Assembly (NCBI GenBank): GCA_965243135.1
Contig: OZ251539.1
Span: forward strand, 4,608,001-4,672,000
Source of the DNA: Alphaproteobacteria bacterium
Lineage (GTDB): Bacteria; Pseudomonadota; Alphaproteobacteria; MPNO01; UBA830
Length of the DNA: 64,000 nucleotides
Reading direction: 5' to 3'
Shown here: positions 10,147 through 19,318 of the stretch, in pieces
How positions within the stretch are numbered: the first letter of the stretch is position 1
How the letters are laid out: every line of letters begins with the position of its first letter
Made by a program: the position numbers and the translations under genes
Notes under the pieces: generated by a model
What the model saw: only the letters and a program-made list of their open reading frames with translations
What the model was told of the DNA's origin: nothing
Databases searched by the model: none

Positions 10147-10976
10147 AACGAGAATACGACTTTTCAGGAGGCGAACGCGGCCGGTACTGCGGCGAGGCCG
10201 CTGGCCTCCCCGCTTCCGACGAGAAACCGGACTGGGCGGGTCCCGAGGGCCCGCTTGGCGCGTTCATCGAGGATGAGGCGAAGAAGACCCTTGATGCCTA
10301 CAGGGCGCAGCCGAGCCTCGTCATCGAGCACGCCAACTTCGAACACGCCCATGGCGGGCATCGGCAACTGTTCGAACTCGTTCAAAACAGTGCGGACGCT
10401 TTGCTTGGCGCGCGGAAAGGGAAGAGCATCCTGATCCGCCTGACGAAAGGCTTCCTCTACTGCGCCGACGACGGAACGCCTATCGATGAAGACGGTGTCG
10501 TCGGAATCATGTTCGCTCACACGTCGAGCAAGCGGAACGCTGGTGCGATCGGCCGGTTCGGAATCGGTTTCAAATCCGTCCTGGGAGTGACCGATTCTCC
10601 CGAGTTCTATAGTCGACGGTGTTCTTTCCGTTTCGATAGGACGCGCGCAGAGGAACGGATAGCAACGGTCGCGCCTGCCGAGCGTTATCCCGTGCTGCGA
10701 TTGCCGGAGCCCATCGATCACCGCCGGGAGATGGACACAGACGAAGAATTGCGCGAATTGATGAGTTGGGCGACGAATGTTGTCCGCCTCCCGCTCAAAA
10801 CAGGGGCGCATAGCGATCTCGCTAAACAGATTCGAGACTTCCCGCCCGAGTTTCTGCTTTTCGTCGATCACGTTCGCTACTTGACCCTTGAGGATGGAGA
10901 GTTTTCCCAAGATCTTATCTTGCATCGCCAAGAGGGCGAACTGCTGCTCGACACGGGGGCAGATCTATTTTTGTAA
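10143..10976 (+). pseudogene. BrnA-like N-terminus fused to sacsin-type GHKL ATPase domain, truncated
   Basis: ATGA overlap with BrnT; MKREYDFSGGERGRY; ELVQNSADA, DDGTP, GRFGIGFKSV, RLPLK; ends in an IS-end-like sequence at 10955-10980. Confidence 0.7.
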
Positions 10977-11480
10977 AACCTTGTTTTTGTTCCGAAAAGC
11001 GATTTCGTGACAAAATCCCGTTCTGGGCGCGGATTCTGGCCAGCGAGCTGGGGAGACAAAAAGGGATGCTCTGGACCGCGCGGCAGAATGTTGGCCCCCA
11101 ACATCATCCTCATGTCAGTCTCGCAGCTCCGTTTGTCCCTTTCGGGGTTCCAGGGGCCGCCGAGGCGCCTTCGCGGCCCTCGTCGACGAAGGACCCGGAC
11201 GAGGGGATCCCGAGGCGTTCGCTGCCGTCGGGCTGCACCAGAAACTCCTCGGTCGCACGGTGCTCGGTAAGTGCGCCGAAGGACGAGAACGACGATCCGA
11301 CGGTCGGGTTTTCTACCGGTCCACCAGAGCGACTTCGAAAACCCGCACTGCCGGTCACGTTCTCCCGTTCGTTGCGCCGCTCGCCGGGAAGCCCGTCGTT
11401 CTCGCCGGTCGACGAAAGCCTGGGCCTGTTCGACAATATCCGTTCAAGACGCCGAACCAGCGACCGGTTGGCGCTACGTC
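10955..11480 (+). mobile_element. Degraded ISKra4-like element: terminal repeat plus N-terminal transposase remnant
   Basis: GCAGATCTATTTTTGTAAAA (10959-10978) is 18/20 identical to 14747-14766; fragmentary peptides DPEAFAAVGLHQKLLGRTVLG, DGRVFYR and PVTFSRSL..SPVDESLGL resemble ISKra4 transposase N-termini. Confidence 0.45.
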
Positions 11481-11543
11481 GCGACGCCCAAAAACCAACT
11501 ATCTCAGGCTGACGGTTGCTCGACCACCGGTCAGGCGCAGCGT

Positions 11544-12299
11544 TCACGCACCCGCGCCCCGGCGCCAGAAAATCGCCCGCGTCGCCGCCGCCGCGACAGC
11601 GAAGCAGATCACCAGGACCGGCCCTGCCGGCAGGTCGGCGGCGGTCGAGACGACGATTCCCACCACGACAGCCGCCGCCCCGTTCACCAGCGCCCGCCTC
11701 AGCGCGTAATCCCCGCCGGAGCGCGCCGCGAGCGCCGGCAGGATCAGGCTCGCGAACACCACGTACACCCCCACCAGCTGGACCGACGCCGTGACGACGA
11801 GCGCGAACGGGACGAAGAATCCCATTCCGCTTCGCGCGCCCGAAACGGCGAGGCGCAGGAGGATCGCAGCGGCGTAGATCGGCGCGAACATGGCGATGTC
11901 GCGCCACGACACGAACAGAATCTGCCCCGAAAGAACGCTCCGCATCTCTTCGCCGCCATGCGGGTCGTCCGTCAGCGCCAGAAGGACCAAGGAGGCGGCA
12001 ACGACGAAAGCGCCGCCGATCACCGCCTCCTGTTCGGCCGACGTGGCGCGTTCGATCCAGCGGAAGAACAGCGCCGCCACGACCCCGGCGCCGAACGCCG
12101 CCGCTTGCCGTGCCATCCACGACGGCTCCTCCAGCCACAGGCCGAGCAGAATGAGCGCAAGTCCCACGATCTGCGCCATCGCCAGATCGATGAACACGAT
12201 CCCGCGCCGCAGGACCTCGATCCCGAACGGCGCGTGGACCGCGGCGACGATCAGCCCCGCGGCCAGCGCGGGCGCCACGATGTCGAGGACGTCAGCCAG
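11544..12299 (-). CDS. Metal ABC transporter permease (ZnuB/ABC-3 type)
   Basis: Hydrophobic; GIEVLRRGIVFIDLAMAQ, SGQILFV, VQLVGVYVVFASLILPA; start codon uncertain. Confidence 0.85.
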   Translation of the reverse strand: MADVLDIVAPALAAGLIVAAVHAPFGIEVLRRGIVFIDLAMAQIVGLALILLGLWLEEPSWMARQAAAFGAGVVAALFFRWIERATSAEQEAVIGGAFVVAASLVLLALTDDPHGGEEMRSVLSGQILFVSWRDIAMFAPIYAAAILLRLAVSGARSGMGFFVPFALVVTASVQLVGVYVVFASLILPALAARSGGDYALRRALVNGAAAVVVGIVVSTAADLPAGPVLVICFAVAAAATRAIFWRRGAGA

Positions 12300-13212
12300 C
12301 CCCGATCTCCTCCAACGACGCGAGCAGGGCGTCAAACAGATCGAACAGGTCGTCAACGCCCTCGCGCCCGCCGACCGTGAACGGCGGCGCCACCACCGGA
12401 AGCCCGGTCCGTTCCGCCAGCCAGTCCGCCGCGTCCGCGGGGTCGTACGGCGCCCGGAGGATCGCCTTGGCGCCTGTCTCCTCCACCCGTTCGAGAACCC
12501 GCGCCAAATGGCTCGCGGTCGGCGGCGCGCCGGGAACCGGCTCCAACGCCGCCGCGCGCTTCAGACCTGCCCAGCGCAGGAAGTGCGCCCAAGACTCGTG
12601 ATGGACGACGATCGGCATGCCGGCGAGGCGGTCGGCCCGCGCTTGCCATTCCGTCATCGCCCGGCGCCAGCGCGCCGCGAAGGAGTCGCGCCGGCCGCCA
12701 TAGGCGGCGGCGTTCTCCGGGTCGATGAGCGCCAGCCGCTCCGCCAGCACGTCGGCGAGCACGAGCGCGTTGCGCGGGTCGAGGTGGAAATGCGGGTTCC
12801 CGCCCGGATGCAAATCGCCTTGGGCGCGGTCGAGCGTTTCGGGGCGGTCCACCGCCTCGAGATGGTCGGCCGCCATGACATGCCCCGGCTGCCCGCGCTG
12901 AACTGTCTGCGGCGCCCCGCGCTCCAACAGGACGGGAAGCCAGCCGGCTTCCAGGTCGGCGCCCGAGCAGACCAGCAGGTCGGCGCGGCGCATCCAGGCG
13001 ATCAGGCTCGGCCGAGCCCGGATATGATGCGGATCCTGATGGGCGGTCGTCGCAGACCGGACGGCGACAGCCTCGCCGCCGACCTCCCGGGCGAGCGACG
13101 CCCATTCGGGCTCGCACGCGAAGACGCGGACTTCCGCCGTGGCGGGGGCGGCCAGCGTCGCCACCGCCACGACGCTCGCGACGGCGGCGAGGGCCGAACG
13201 CTTGCTTTTCAT
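12292..13212 (-). CDS. Zn/Mn ABC transporter substrate-binding protein (ZnuA/TroA fold)
   Basis: Signal peptide; QDPHHIRARPS, GADLEAGWLP, GDLHPGGNPHFHLDP, LEPVPGAPPT. Confidence 0.9.
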   Translation of the reverse strand: MKSKRSALAAVASVVAVATLAAPATAEVRVFACEPEWASLAREVGGEAVAVRSATTAHQDPHHIRARPSLIAWMRRADLLVCSGADLEAGWLPVLLERGAPQTVQRGQPGHVMAADHLEAVDRPETLDRAQGDLHPGGNPHFHLDPRNALVLADVLAERLALIDPENAAAYGGRRDSFAARWRRAMTEWQARADRLAGMPIVVHHESWAHFLRWAGLKRAAALEPVPGAPPTASHLARVLERVEETGAKAILRAPYDPADAADWLAERTGLPVVAPPFTVGGREGVDDLFDLFDALLASLEEIGAG

Positions 13213-13224
13213 CGCGTGTCCTCC

Positions 13225-14619
13225 TCAGAACGCGTGCGCGGCGTGCGCGCCGAGACTCATGACGTATTGCAGAATGAATTGGTTGTCATGATCGCCGTCG
13301 GCGAACACCTCGCGGTTGTATTGCGCGCGGATGCGCCCGAACTCGCTGTTCGTCCAGTCGCCCATGACCCCGATGGCGTAAGGGGAGTGGGCGCTCTCCG
13401 CCGAGTCCGGCGGCTCGAGCCGGGCGTAGCGCGCGCCCACGCGCCAGCGCGGCAGGAACTTGTAAACCGCTTGCACGTACCAACCCGAGCTGGAGCCGTC
13501 GAGCTGTGCGCTGTCGCCCTCCAGAGTGTAAAGCCCCTCCTCCTCAAGCAGGAAATACTCCCCCTGGAGGATGAGCTCGCTTTCACGCGGGTTGCCCGTG
13601 GGTGCCCACGTGTAGCGGATGTCGGCGCCCCAAAGCCGCCCGTCGCCGGTGAACGCGCCGCCGGTCAGGAAGTCCGCATGTGCGAATTCCTCATGTTCGT
13701 CTTCGCCGTGCTCGTCGTCCTCATGCTCCCCGGCGTGTTCGTCTTCGCCGCCGTGGCCGTGGCCGCCGCCGGCGCGGTTGTGCGACGTGCCGTCGAGCAC
13801 GTAGGCGCCGATGCGCCACGCCGAATTCGCGCCGGTCTCGCCGCCGATACGGGCCCAGCCCGAGATTGCGTCGACGCCGTCTTCCGACCCGCCGAACGGC
13901 AGATCGCCGCCGCGAAAGATTCCGCCACCGGCCTCGGCGTATAAGTCCGTGGGCAGGACCCACGAAAACTCCACGCCATCGTCGTTCCAGTGGTTGTCCA
14001 AATAGACCCGGTAAGGCAGCGGTCGGTCGGCGAAATCGTCGCCATGCGCGTGCTGTTCGTTCAGGTAGCCCAGAGTCCACAACGCGCGCCCGGCCTTGAT
14101 CCGCAGCCCGTCGGGCAATCCGGCGCCGGGCAGGGTGCGAATATAAGCCTCCTCCAGATCGAGTTCGGTCGTCCCGCCATGCGCGCCGATCCCGAGCGTG
14201 AGCGCGCCGTGGAACTTGTCGTCGGCGTTGCTCGACAGGGTCACTTCGGTGTGCCCTAGGCTCAGGCCTTCGTCGCTGCGCTCTCCGTGATGGCCGAGCC
14301 GGAAGCCGGGGATATCCGATTCGTCGGCAGAAAACGCCGCGACCCGTCCGTCGAGGACGACGCCGACCGCCGGGTTGAAGGCGTTGTCGGTCGTTGCGGC
14401 ACGGCGCTGCGCTGGCGCCGCCGGGGGCGCGGTGGATTGCGCCCGGATCTTGGCAAGCTGCTTTTCAAGCGCGCGGATGCGCTCTTCGTATTCGCTTCGC
14501 AGCGCCTGGATTTCGTTCGCCAGCTGGGCCGCCGTTTCGGCCTGCGCCCGCGCCGGCGGCGCGACAAGCAGAACCGCACCGCCGACGGCGAGCAGCGCGC
14601 ATATGGCAATGGCTCTCAT
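13225..14619 (-). CDS. Zinc-regulated outer-membrane receptor/porin-like protein with His/acidic loop
   Basis: RBS AGGAGG; signal peptide, coiled coil, AFNPAVGVVLDG, GYLNEQHAH.DDFADRPL, HGHGGEDEHAGEHEDDEH loop, C-terminal SLGAHAAHAF. Confidence 0.82.
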   Translation of the reverse strand: MRAIAICALLAVGGAVLLVAPPARAQAETAAQLANEIQALRSEYEERIRALEKQLAKIRAQSTAPPAAPAQRRAATTDNAFNPAVGVVLDGRVAAFSADESDIPGFRLGHHGERSDEGLSLGHTEVTLSSNADDKFHGALTLGIGAHGGTTELDLEEAYIRTLPGAGLPDGLRIKAGRALWTLGYLNEQHAHGDDFADRPLPYRVYLDNHWNDDGVEFSWVLPTDLYAEAGGGIFRGGDLPFGGSEDGVDAISGWARIGGETGANSAWRIGAYVLDGTSHNRAGGGHGHGGEDEHAGEHEDDEHGEDEHEEFAHADFLTGGAFTGDGRLWGADIRYTWAPTGNPRESELILQGEYFLLEEEGLYTLEGDSAQLDGSSSGWYVQAVYKFLPRWRVGARYARLEPPDSAESAHSPYAIGVMGDWTNSEFGRIRAQYNREVFADGDHDNQFILQYVMSLGAHAAHAF

Positions 14620-14642
14620 TCCTGTCCTCCTCATGTGATTTT

Positions 14643-14662
14643 TGTAATGATATATCATTACA
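14643..14662. promoter_or_regulatory. Zur-like operator (perfect 20-bp palindrome)
   Basis: TGTAATGATATATCATTACA, ~24 bp upstream of the receptor start; resembles the GTAATG-N-CATTAC Zur/Fur-family boxes. Confidence 0.75.
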
Positions 14663-14739
14663 TATCGGCTCGTCAACCCCTTCCTGGCGGAACCGGGCGA
14701 CGCCAGAGACCGCCGGAAACGGGGGGACCGCTCCCGGCG

Positions 14740-15490
14740 GGGATGCGCAGAACTATTTTTGCAAAAACCGTATTTCATGCTCCTGTTTTGCTCGCGGAAT
14801 TCCACCGTTAGGCGGCGTTCAGCGCTGTCGTTCGCGCCGCCCGTTCCGGTCGCCGCGCGGCGTCGAAGCGGCCCGACATCGCCCTGAAGGCGAGAACGTT
14901 CCGGCCTCCGTCGACGCTCCAGCGCACCCGCTTCATGCGTTGGTTGACCAGCGCCTTGTTGGCGGACGACGCCCGTAGCCCTTGGCCATGACGCTCGCGT
15001 AGCGCATGCGGCGCCTGTGCCTGCGGAAGAACCTCGCGCTCAAGAATCGCCGTTTTCGTCGTCGCCTTGTCGCGGAGATAGCGTATCGCCGGTCTTGTCG
15101 ACGCCGTGCGTCGCGCAGGATGGCGCGGTCGTGCCAGTGGTCGCGACGGTCGGCATCTCCGCCGAGACGTTCGCAAGCATGAAAGAAGTCGACTGCCTGC
15201 TCGTCGGGCGGGAACCTCCAGAGAAACGTCCAGTTGTCGGGCGCGGCGTCGGCGACCAGCTTCAGGGCGGGCCGCACTTTCCGGGCGACCTCGGCGGCGA
15301 GCGGCGCTGGCGTCTTTTCGGTTTCGGCCCAAAGCTCAACGTTTTCAAGCGAGCGCCGTCCGCGCCATGGAAACTGACCGTTCCGCTGGACGCCCGGCAC
15401 GCCTCCTCGTCCCTGTCGGGGCGAAGCGGAACCCCGTCGAGCGAGACGGCGCAGTGCGAGCAGTCGCGATAATCGGCAGTTTCAGGCGCA
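14740..15490 (-). mobile_element. ISKra4-like (UPF0236) transposase C-terminal remnant with terminal repeat
   Basis: Fragments AVSLDGV, ASSGTVSFHGADGARLKT, VADAAPDNWTFL, VDFFHACERL, ANKALVNQRMKR.RWSVDGGRNVLAFR spread across three frames; end sequence at ~14740-14769. Confidence 0.72.
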
Positions 15491-15529
15491 AAACGGTCGA
15501 GGGTGCCGCGCCCGAAAGGAAGGCGTTTC

Positions 15530-15750
15530 CTCTCGCGCCTGAGAGTGCCGTGCGGATTGCCTGCTCCGGCCGGATTCCCGATCGCGGTCGTCGAGGCGAA
15601 GGCGAAACGCAAGCAGGTCGGCAAGGGCCTCCAGCAAGTCAGGGAATGCGCGGAGTTCCCGGGGCTGACGTTCGCCTACGCGACCAACGGCGCCGTCGAA
15701 GTCGACTGCGCCACCGGCATCGAGCGCGAGGTTGCGGGCTTCCCGGCCGC
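15530..15750 (+). pseudogene. Type I restriction endonuclease R subunit N-terminal fragment (EcoAI-like)
   Basis: PIAVVEAK...GLQQ...AE..GLTFAYATNG..E.D..TGIEREV..FP. Confidence 0.65.
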
Positions 15751-15756
15751 GGTTTT

Positions 15757-16905
15757 TCAGGCCTCCGGCCCGACGACGCCTTCCTTCGTTTCCGCCACGA
15801 CCAAGTCGACCACGGACCGCAGCGCCTCGTCCTCGGTGTCTCCCTCCATGCGGCGCAGATTGTAGTGATCGATCTGCCGATCGGCCGCGGTGCCGTCGCG
15901 AATGATGGAAAGCGCGCGGCGCATCTCGTCCTCGCAGCCGATCTCCCGGGCGTCGGACGCGAATTCCTCGACCACCCGGCGCGCGAAATCGTCGATATCC
16001 ATGCGCCCGCCCACCTGCATGTTCCCGAAGAAAGACAGAACGCCGTACCGTTGCGCGAGCCACCTGTTCTCGGTGATCATCTCCGTCAACGGCTCGTCCG
16101 GCAGCGCCCCCTCCCGGTCGAGCCGCAGCAGCCCCCGAACGAGCGAGGCGTAAAGCGCCGTGATGCACATCGAGTCTTCCAGGCGCGGACAGATGTCGCA
16201 GATGCGCATCTCGATCGTCGGGTAGGCGTGGGAAGGCCGGATGTCCCACCACAGCTCGCTGCCGTCGTTGATGAATTCCATTCGCCGGTAATTGGCGAGC
16301 AACCGGTCGTAATCCGCCCGCGAATGCAGCGGGCCGGGAAGGCTGGTTCGCGGCAGATTGCCGATGAGATTGAGCCTGTAGGACTTGAACCCCGTCGAGC
16401 GGCCGCCGCTGAACGGCGACGACGTGGACAGCGCGTGGAGAAGGGGGAGATAGCGGCGGATCGCCGTCATGACCCGGATGCGCGAATCGGGATCGCCGAA
16501 CCCGGCATGAACGTGCATGCCCGCGACCAGAAACTGCCGCACGCTGTCCTGGAGCTTGATCTCGAATTTCTTGTAGCGTTCTTTCGGCGTGATCATCTGG
16601 TCCCGCCACGTCGCGAAGGGATGGGTCGACCCCGCCATCACGGCGGCGCCGTGGCGCGCCGCCGCTTCTATGACCAGCCGCCGCGTTTCCCTGAGCGCCT
16701 GGCGCACCTCCTCGACCGACCCGCAGACCCGCGTGTTGGTCTCGATCTGGGCGCGAAGAAGTTCGTGCACGACCTTGTGCGGACCGGCGAGTCTTTCGCA
16801 TTCCTCGAATATGGCGGGATCGGGGTCGACGGCGAGATCGCGGGTTTCGGGATCGACGAGGAAGAACTCCTCCTCGACCCCGAGCGTCAGGGCGTCTCCG
16901 GTCAT
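15757..16905 (-). CDS. Carboxylate-amine ligase (glutamate-cysteine ligase family 2, YbdK-like)
   Basis: TLGVEEEF, GSTHPF, GMHVH, ALSTSSPF, LWWDIRP, TIEMRICD. Confidence 0.93.
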   Translation of the reverse strand: MTGDALTLGVEEEFFLVDPETRDLAVDPDPAIFEECERLAGPHKVVHELLRAQIETNTRVCGSVEEVRQALRETRRLVIEAAARHGAAVMAGSTHPFATWRDQMITPKERYKKFEIKLQDSVRQFLVAGMHVHAGFGDPDSRIRVMTAIRRYLPLLHALSTSSPFSGGRSTGFKSYRLNLIGNLPRTSLPGPLHSRADYDRLLANYRRMEFINDGSELWWDIRPSHAYPTIEMRICDICPRLEDSMCITALYASLVRGLLRLDREGALPDEPLTEMITENRWLAQRYGVLSFFGNMQVGGRMDIDDFARRVVEEFASDAREIGCEDEMRRALSIIRDGTAADRQIDHYNLRRMEGDTEDEALRSVVDLVVAETKEGVVGPEA

Positions 16906-18041
16906 GAAGCGCCTCCGACCGGCTGCGCCGGTTCCGCGGACATTTCGGGATAAAGCCCGCGCAGCCCCTCCTTCGAAGCGGCGCAAATCCCCCGCTCCGA
17001 GATCAGTCCGGTAACCAGGCGCGCCGGGGTTACGTCGAACGCGTAGTTCGCGACCGGACTGTCCTCCGGAATGATTTCGACCGTCGCGACCCTGCCGTCC
17101 GCGGTCAGTCCGGTCATCGCGGAAATTTCCTCCGCGCCGCGTTGCTCTATTGGCATCTCGGTAACTCCGTCGTTCATCGTCCAGTCTATCGTGGGTCCGG
17201 GCACGGCGACATGGAACGGCACGCCGTTGTCCCGCGCCGCGAGCGCCTTCAGATACGTGCCGATCTTGTTGCAAACGTCGCCCGCCGCGGTCACGCGGTC
17301 GGCGCCGGTCACGCAAAGATCGACCATCCCGTTCTGCATGAGATGGCCGCCGGCGTTGTCGACGACGACCGTGTGGGGAACGCCGCGGCGGGCGAGTTCC
17401 CATGCGGTCAGGCGCCCGCCCTGATTGCGCGGTCGCGTTTCGTCCACCCACACGTGCACGGGAATGCCGGCTTCGTGCGCCTTGTAGACCGGCGCCAGCG
17501 CGGTGCCCCACTCCACGGTCGCCAACCGCCCCGCGTTGCAATGCGTCAGAACATTGACGCGCCGGCCTTCCGCTTCCCACGCGCCGCGAATCAGCGGCAG
17601 CCCGTGATCGCCGATCGCCGAGCAGAGCTCCGCGTCCTCCTCGCATATCGCCGCGGCGCGCTTCCACGCCGCCGCCGCCCGCTCGTTCGGCGGCAGCGGT
17701 CGCAGCGACGCCCGCATCCCGTCCACGGCCCAGCGCAGATTAACCGCCGTGGGCCGCGTCGTCGCCAGCGACTTCGCGGCGGCGGCAAGATTTCCGTCGG
17801 ACGGGTCGTCGCGCATCGCGAACGCCATGCCGAACGCGGCCGTCGCGCCGATCAGCGGCGCGCCGCGCACCTGCATGTCGCGGATCGCCGCCGCCGCGTC
17901 GGCGACGGTGCGGAGACGCCGGACGACGAACCGGAACGGAAGCTGCGTTTGGTCAATGATCTCGACGGAGCCGCCGTCTTCCGCGGGCCGGATGGAGCGA
18001 CCCGCCTCGCCGCCGTCAGAGCACCCGGCCAGCGACCGCAT
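16902..18041 (-). CDS. mtnA: Methylthioribose-1-phosphate isomerase
   Basis: IDQTQLP, MQVRGAPLIG, TRPTAVNL, LTHCNAG, ETRPRNQG, GADR, NKIGTY; start uncertain. Confidence 0.96.
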   Translation of the reverse strand: MRSLAGCSDGGEAGRSIRPAEDGGSVEIIDQTQLPFRFVVRRLRTVADAAAAIRDMQVRGAPLIGATAAFGMAFAMRDDPSDGNLAAAAKSLATTRPTAVNLRWAVDGMRASLRPLPPNERAAAAWKRAAAICEEDAELCSAIGDHGLPLIRGAWEAEGRRVNVLTHCNAGRLATVEWGTALAPVYKAHEAGIPVHVWVDETRPRNQGGRLTAWELARRGVPHTVVVDNAGGHLMQNGMVDLCVTGADRVTAAGDVCNKIGTYLKALAARDNGVPFHVAVPGPTIDWTMNDGVTEMPIEQRGAEEISAMTGLTADGRVATVEIIPEDSPVANYAFDVTPARLVTGLISERGICAASKEGLRGLYPEMSAEPAQPVGGAS

Positions 18042-18894
18042 CGAGCTTCGACGTCAGATCGGGGTCCCGCGCATCCGGCGCAGTAATGATCGCGTATTCA
18101 AGCGCCGTATGACAGCCTGCGCCGCAGCGCGCGGCGCGGGAGGAGAGGCGCGGCGCGAGACGGCGCACCAAGTCGCGCGCTTTCCCGGCGTTCTCCTGCA
18201 GGATCCGGATTACGCTCTCCACGGAAACGTCCTCATGATCCTCGCGCCAACAATCGTAATCCGTGACCATGGCTATGGCAGCGTAGCACATTTCGGCCTC
18301 GCGGGCCAGCTTCGCCTCGGGCATGTTGGTCATGCCGATCACGTCGCATCCCCACGACCTGTAGAGCGCGCTTTCCGCGCGACTCGAGAACTGCGGCCCC
18401 TCCATCACGAGATAGACGCCGCCGGCGCCGTGGGGAACGCCGAGCTCCGACAGGGTCTCCGCGACGAGGCGGCCGAGCCGCGCGCAGGTGGGGTCGGCCA
18501 TCGAGACGTGGGCCGCGCATCCTTCGCCGAAGAAGCTTTTCTCGCGCGCGAAGGTGCGGTCGATGAACTGGTCGATCACCACGAACTTGCCCGGCGCGTG
18601 GTCCTCCTTCAGCGACCCGACCGCGCTGATCGAAAGGATATCCGTAACGCCGGCCCGTTTGAGCGCATCGATGTTGGCTCGGAAATTGAGCTTGCTCGGC
18701 GGAATCCGATGGCCGCGTCCGTGCCGCGGCAAAAACGCCACCTTCTGACCGGCGATCTCGCCGCACAGCAACGCGTCGGACGGCTCCCCGAACGGCGTCT
18801 CGACCGGCCGCCACTCGGCGCCGGCCAAGCCGTCGATCTCGTAGACGCCGCTCCCGCCGATCACGCCGATTACCGGCGGTGTTCCGGGCTCCAT
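18016..18894 (-). CDS. mtnP: S-methyl-5'-thioadenosine phosphorylase
   Basis: IGGSG, RHGRGH, SAVGSL, MEGPQFS, GMTNMPEAKLAREAE, VTDYDCW. Confidence 0.96.
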   Translation of the reverse strand: MEPGTPPVIGVIGGSGVYEIDGLAGAEWRPVETPFGEPSDALLCGEIAGQKVAFLPRHGRGHRIPPSKLNFRANIDALKRAGVTDILSISAVGSLKEDHAPGKFVVIDQFIDRTFAREKSFFGEGCAAHVSMADPTCARLGRLVAETLSELGVPHGAGGVYLVMEGPQFSSRAESALYRSWGCDVIGMTNMPEAKLAREAEMCYAAIAMVTDYDCWREDHEDVSVESVIRILQENAGKARDLVRRLAPRLSSRAARCGAGCHTALEYAIITAPDARDPDLTSKLDAVAGRVL

Positions 18895-18921
18895 CGCTTT
18901 CTCCCCGCTTGCGGCGAACCG

Positions 18922-19302
18922 CTATTCCGGCTCGTGACAAGCCGCCTGCAGCTTGTTGCCGTCGAGATCTCGCGCGTAGGCTCCGTAATAGTGCTCGTGA
19001 TAGTGCGGCCGCAGTCCGGGAGCCCCCTCGTCGACTCCGCCCGCCGCAAGCGCGGCCGCATGGAAGGCGTCGACATGGCTGCGGGAAGGGGCGAGGAACG
19101 CGACATGGGTCCCGTTGCCCGCGGACGCGGCCCCGCCGTCGTAGGGACGGACGACGAAGAAGTGCTCGGGCGCGTCGCCCTGGTAGGCGATCACGGCGCC
19201 GTGCGCGAACCGGCGGACGATCCCCAACGTCGCGAGCACGGAATCGTAAAACGCTCCGGCGCGCTCCAGATCGTCCGTCCCGACGGTGACATGGCTGTAC
19301 AT
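18922..19302 (-). CDS. VOC/glyoxalase family protein
   Basis: SHVTVG, GNGTHVAF, EGAPGLRPHY, YYGAYARDLDGNK. Confidence 0.9.
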   Translation of the reverse strand: MYSHVTVGTDDLERAGAFYDSVLATLGIVRRFAHGAVIAYQGDAPEHFFVVRPYDGGAASAGNGTHVAFLAPSRSHVDAFHAAALAAGGVDEGAPGLRPHYHEHYYGAYARDLDGNKLQAACHEPE

Positions 19303-19318
19303 GAGCGCTTCCCCCGCG

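Noticed and set aside
11487-11512. CCCAAAAACCAACTATCTCAGGCTG as another IS end at the inversion breakpoint
   Set aside because: No matching partner repeat was found by eye in the window
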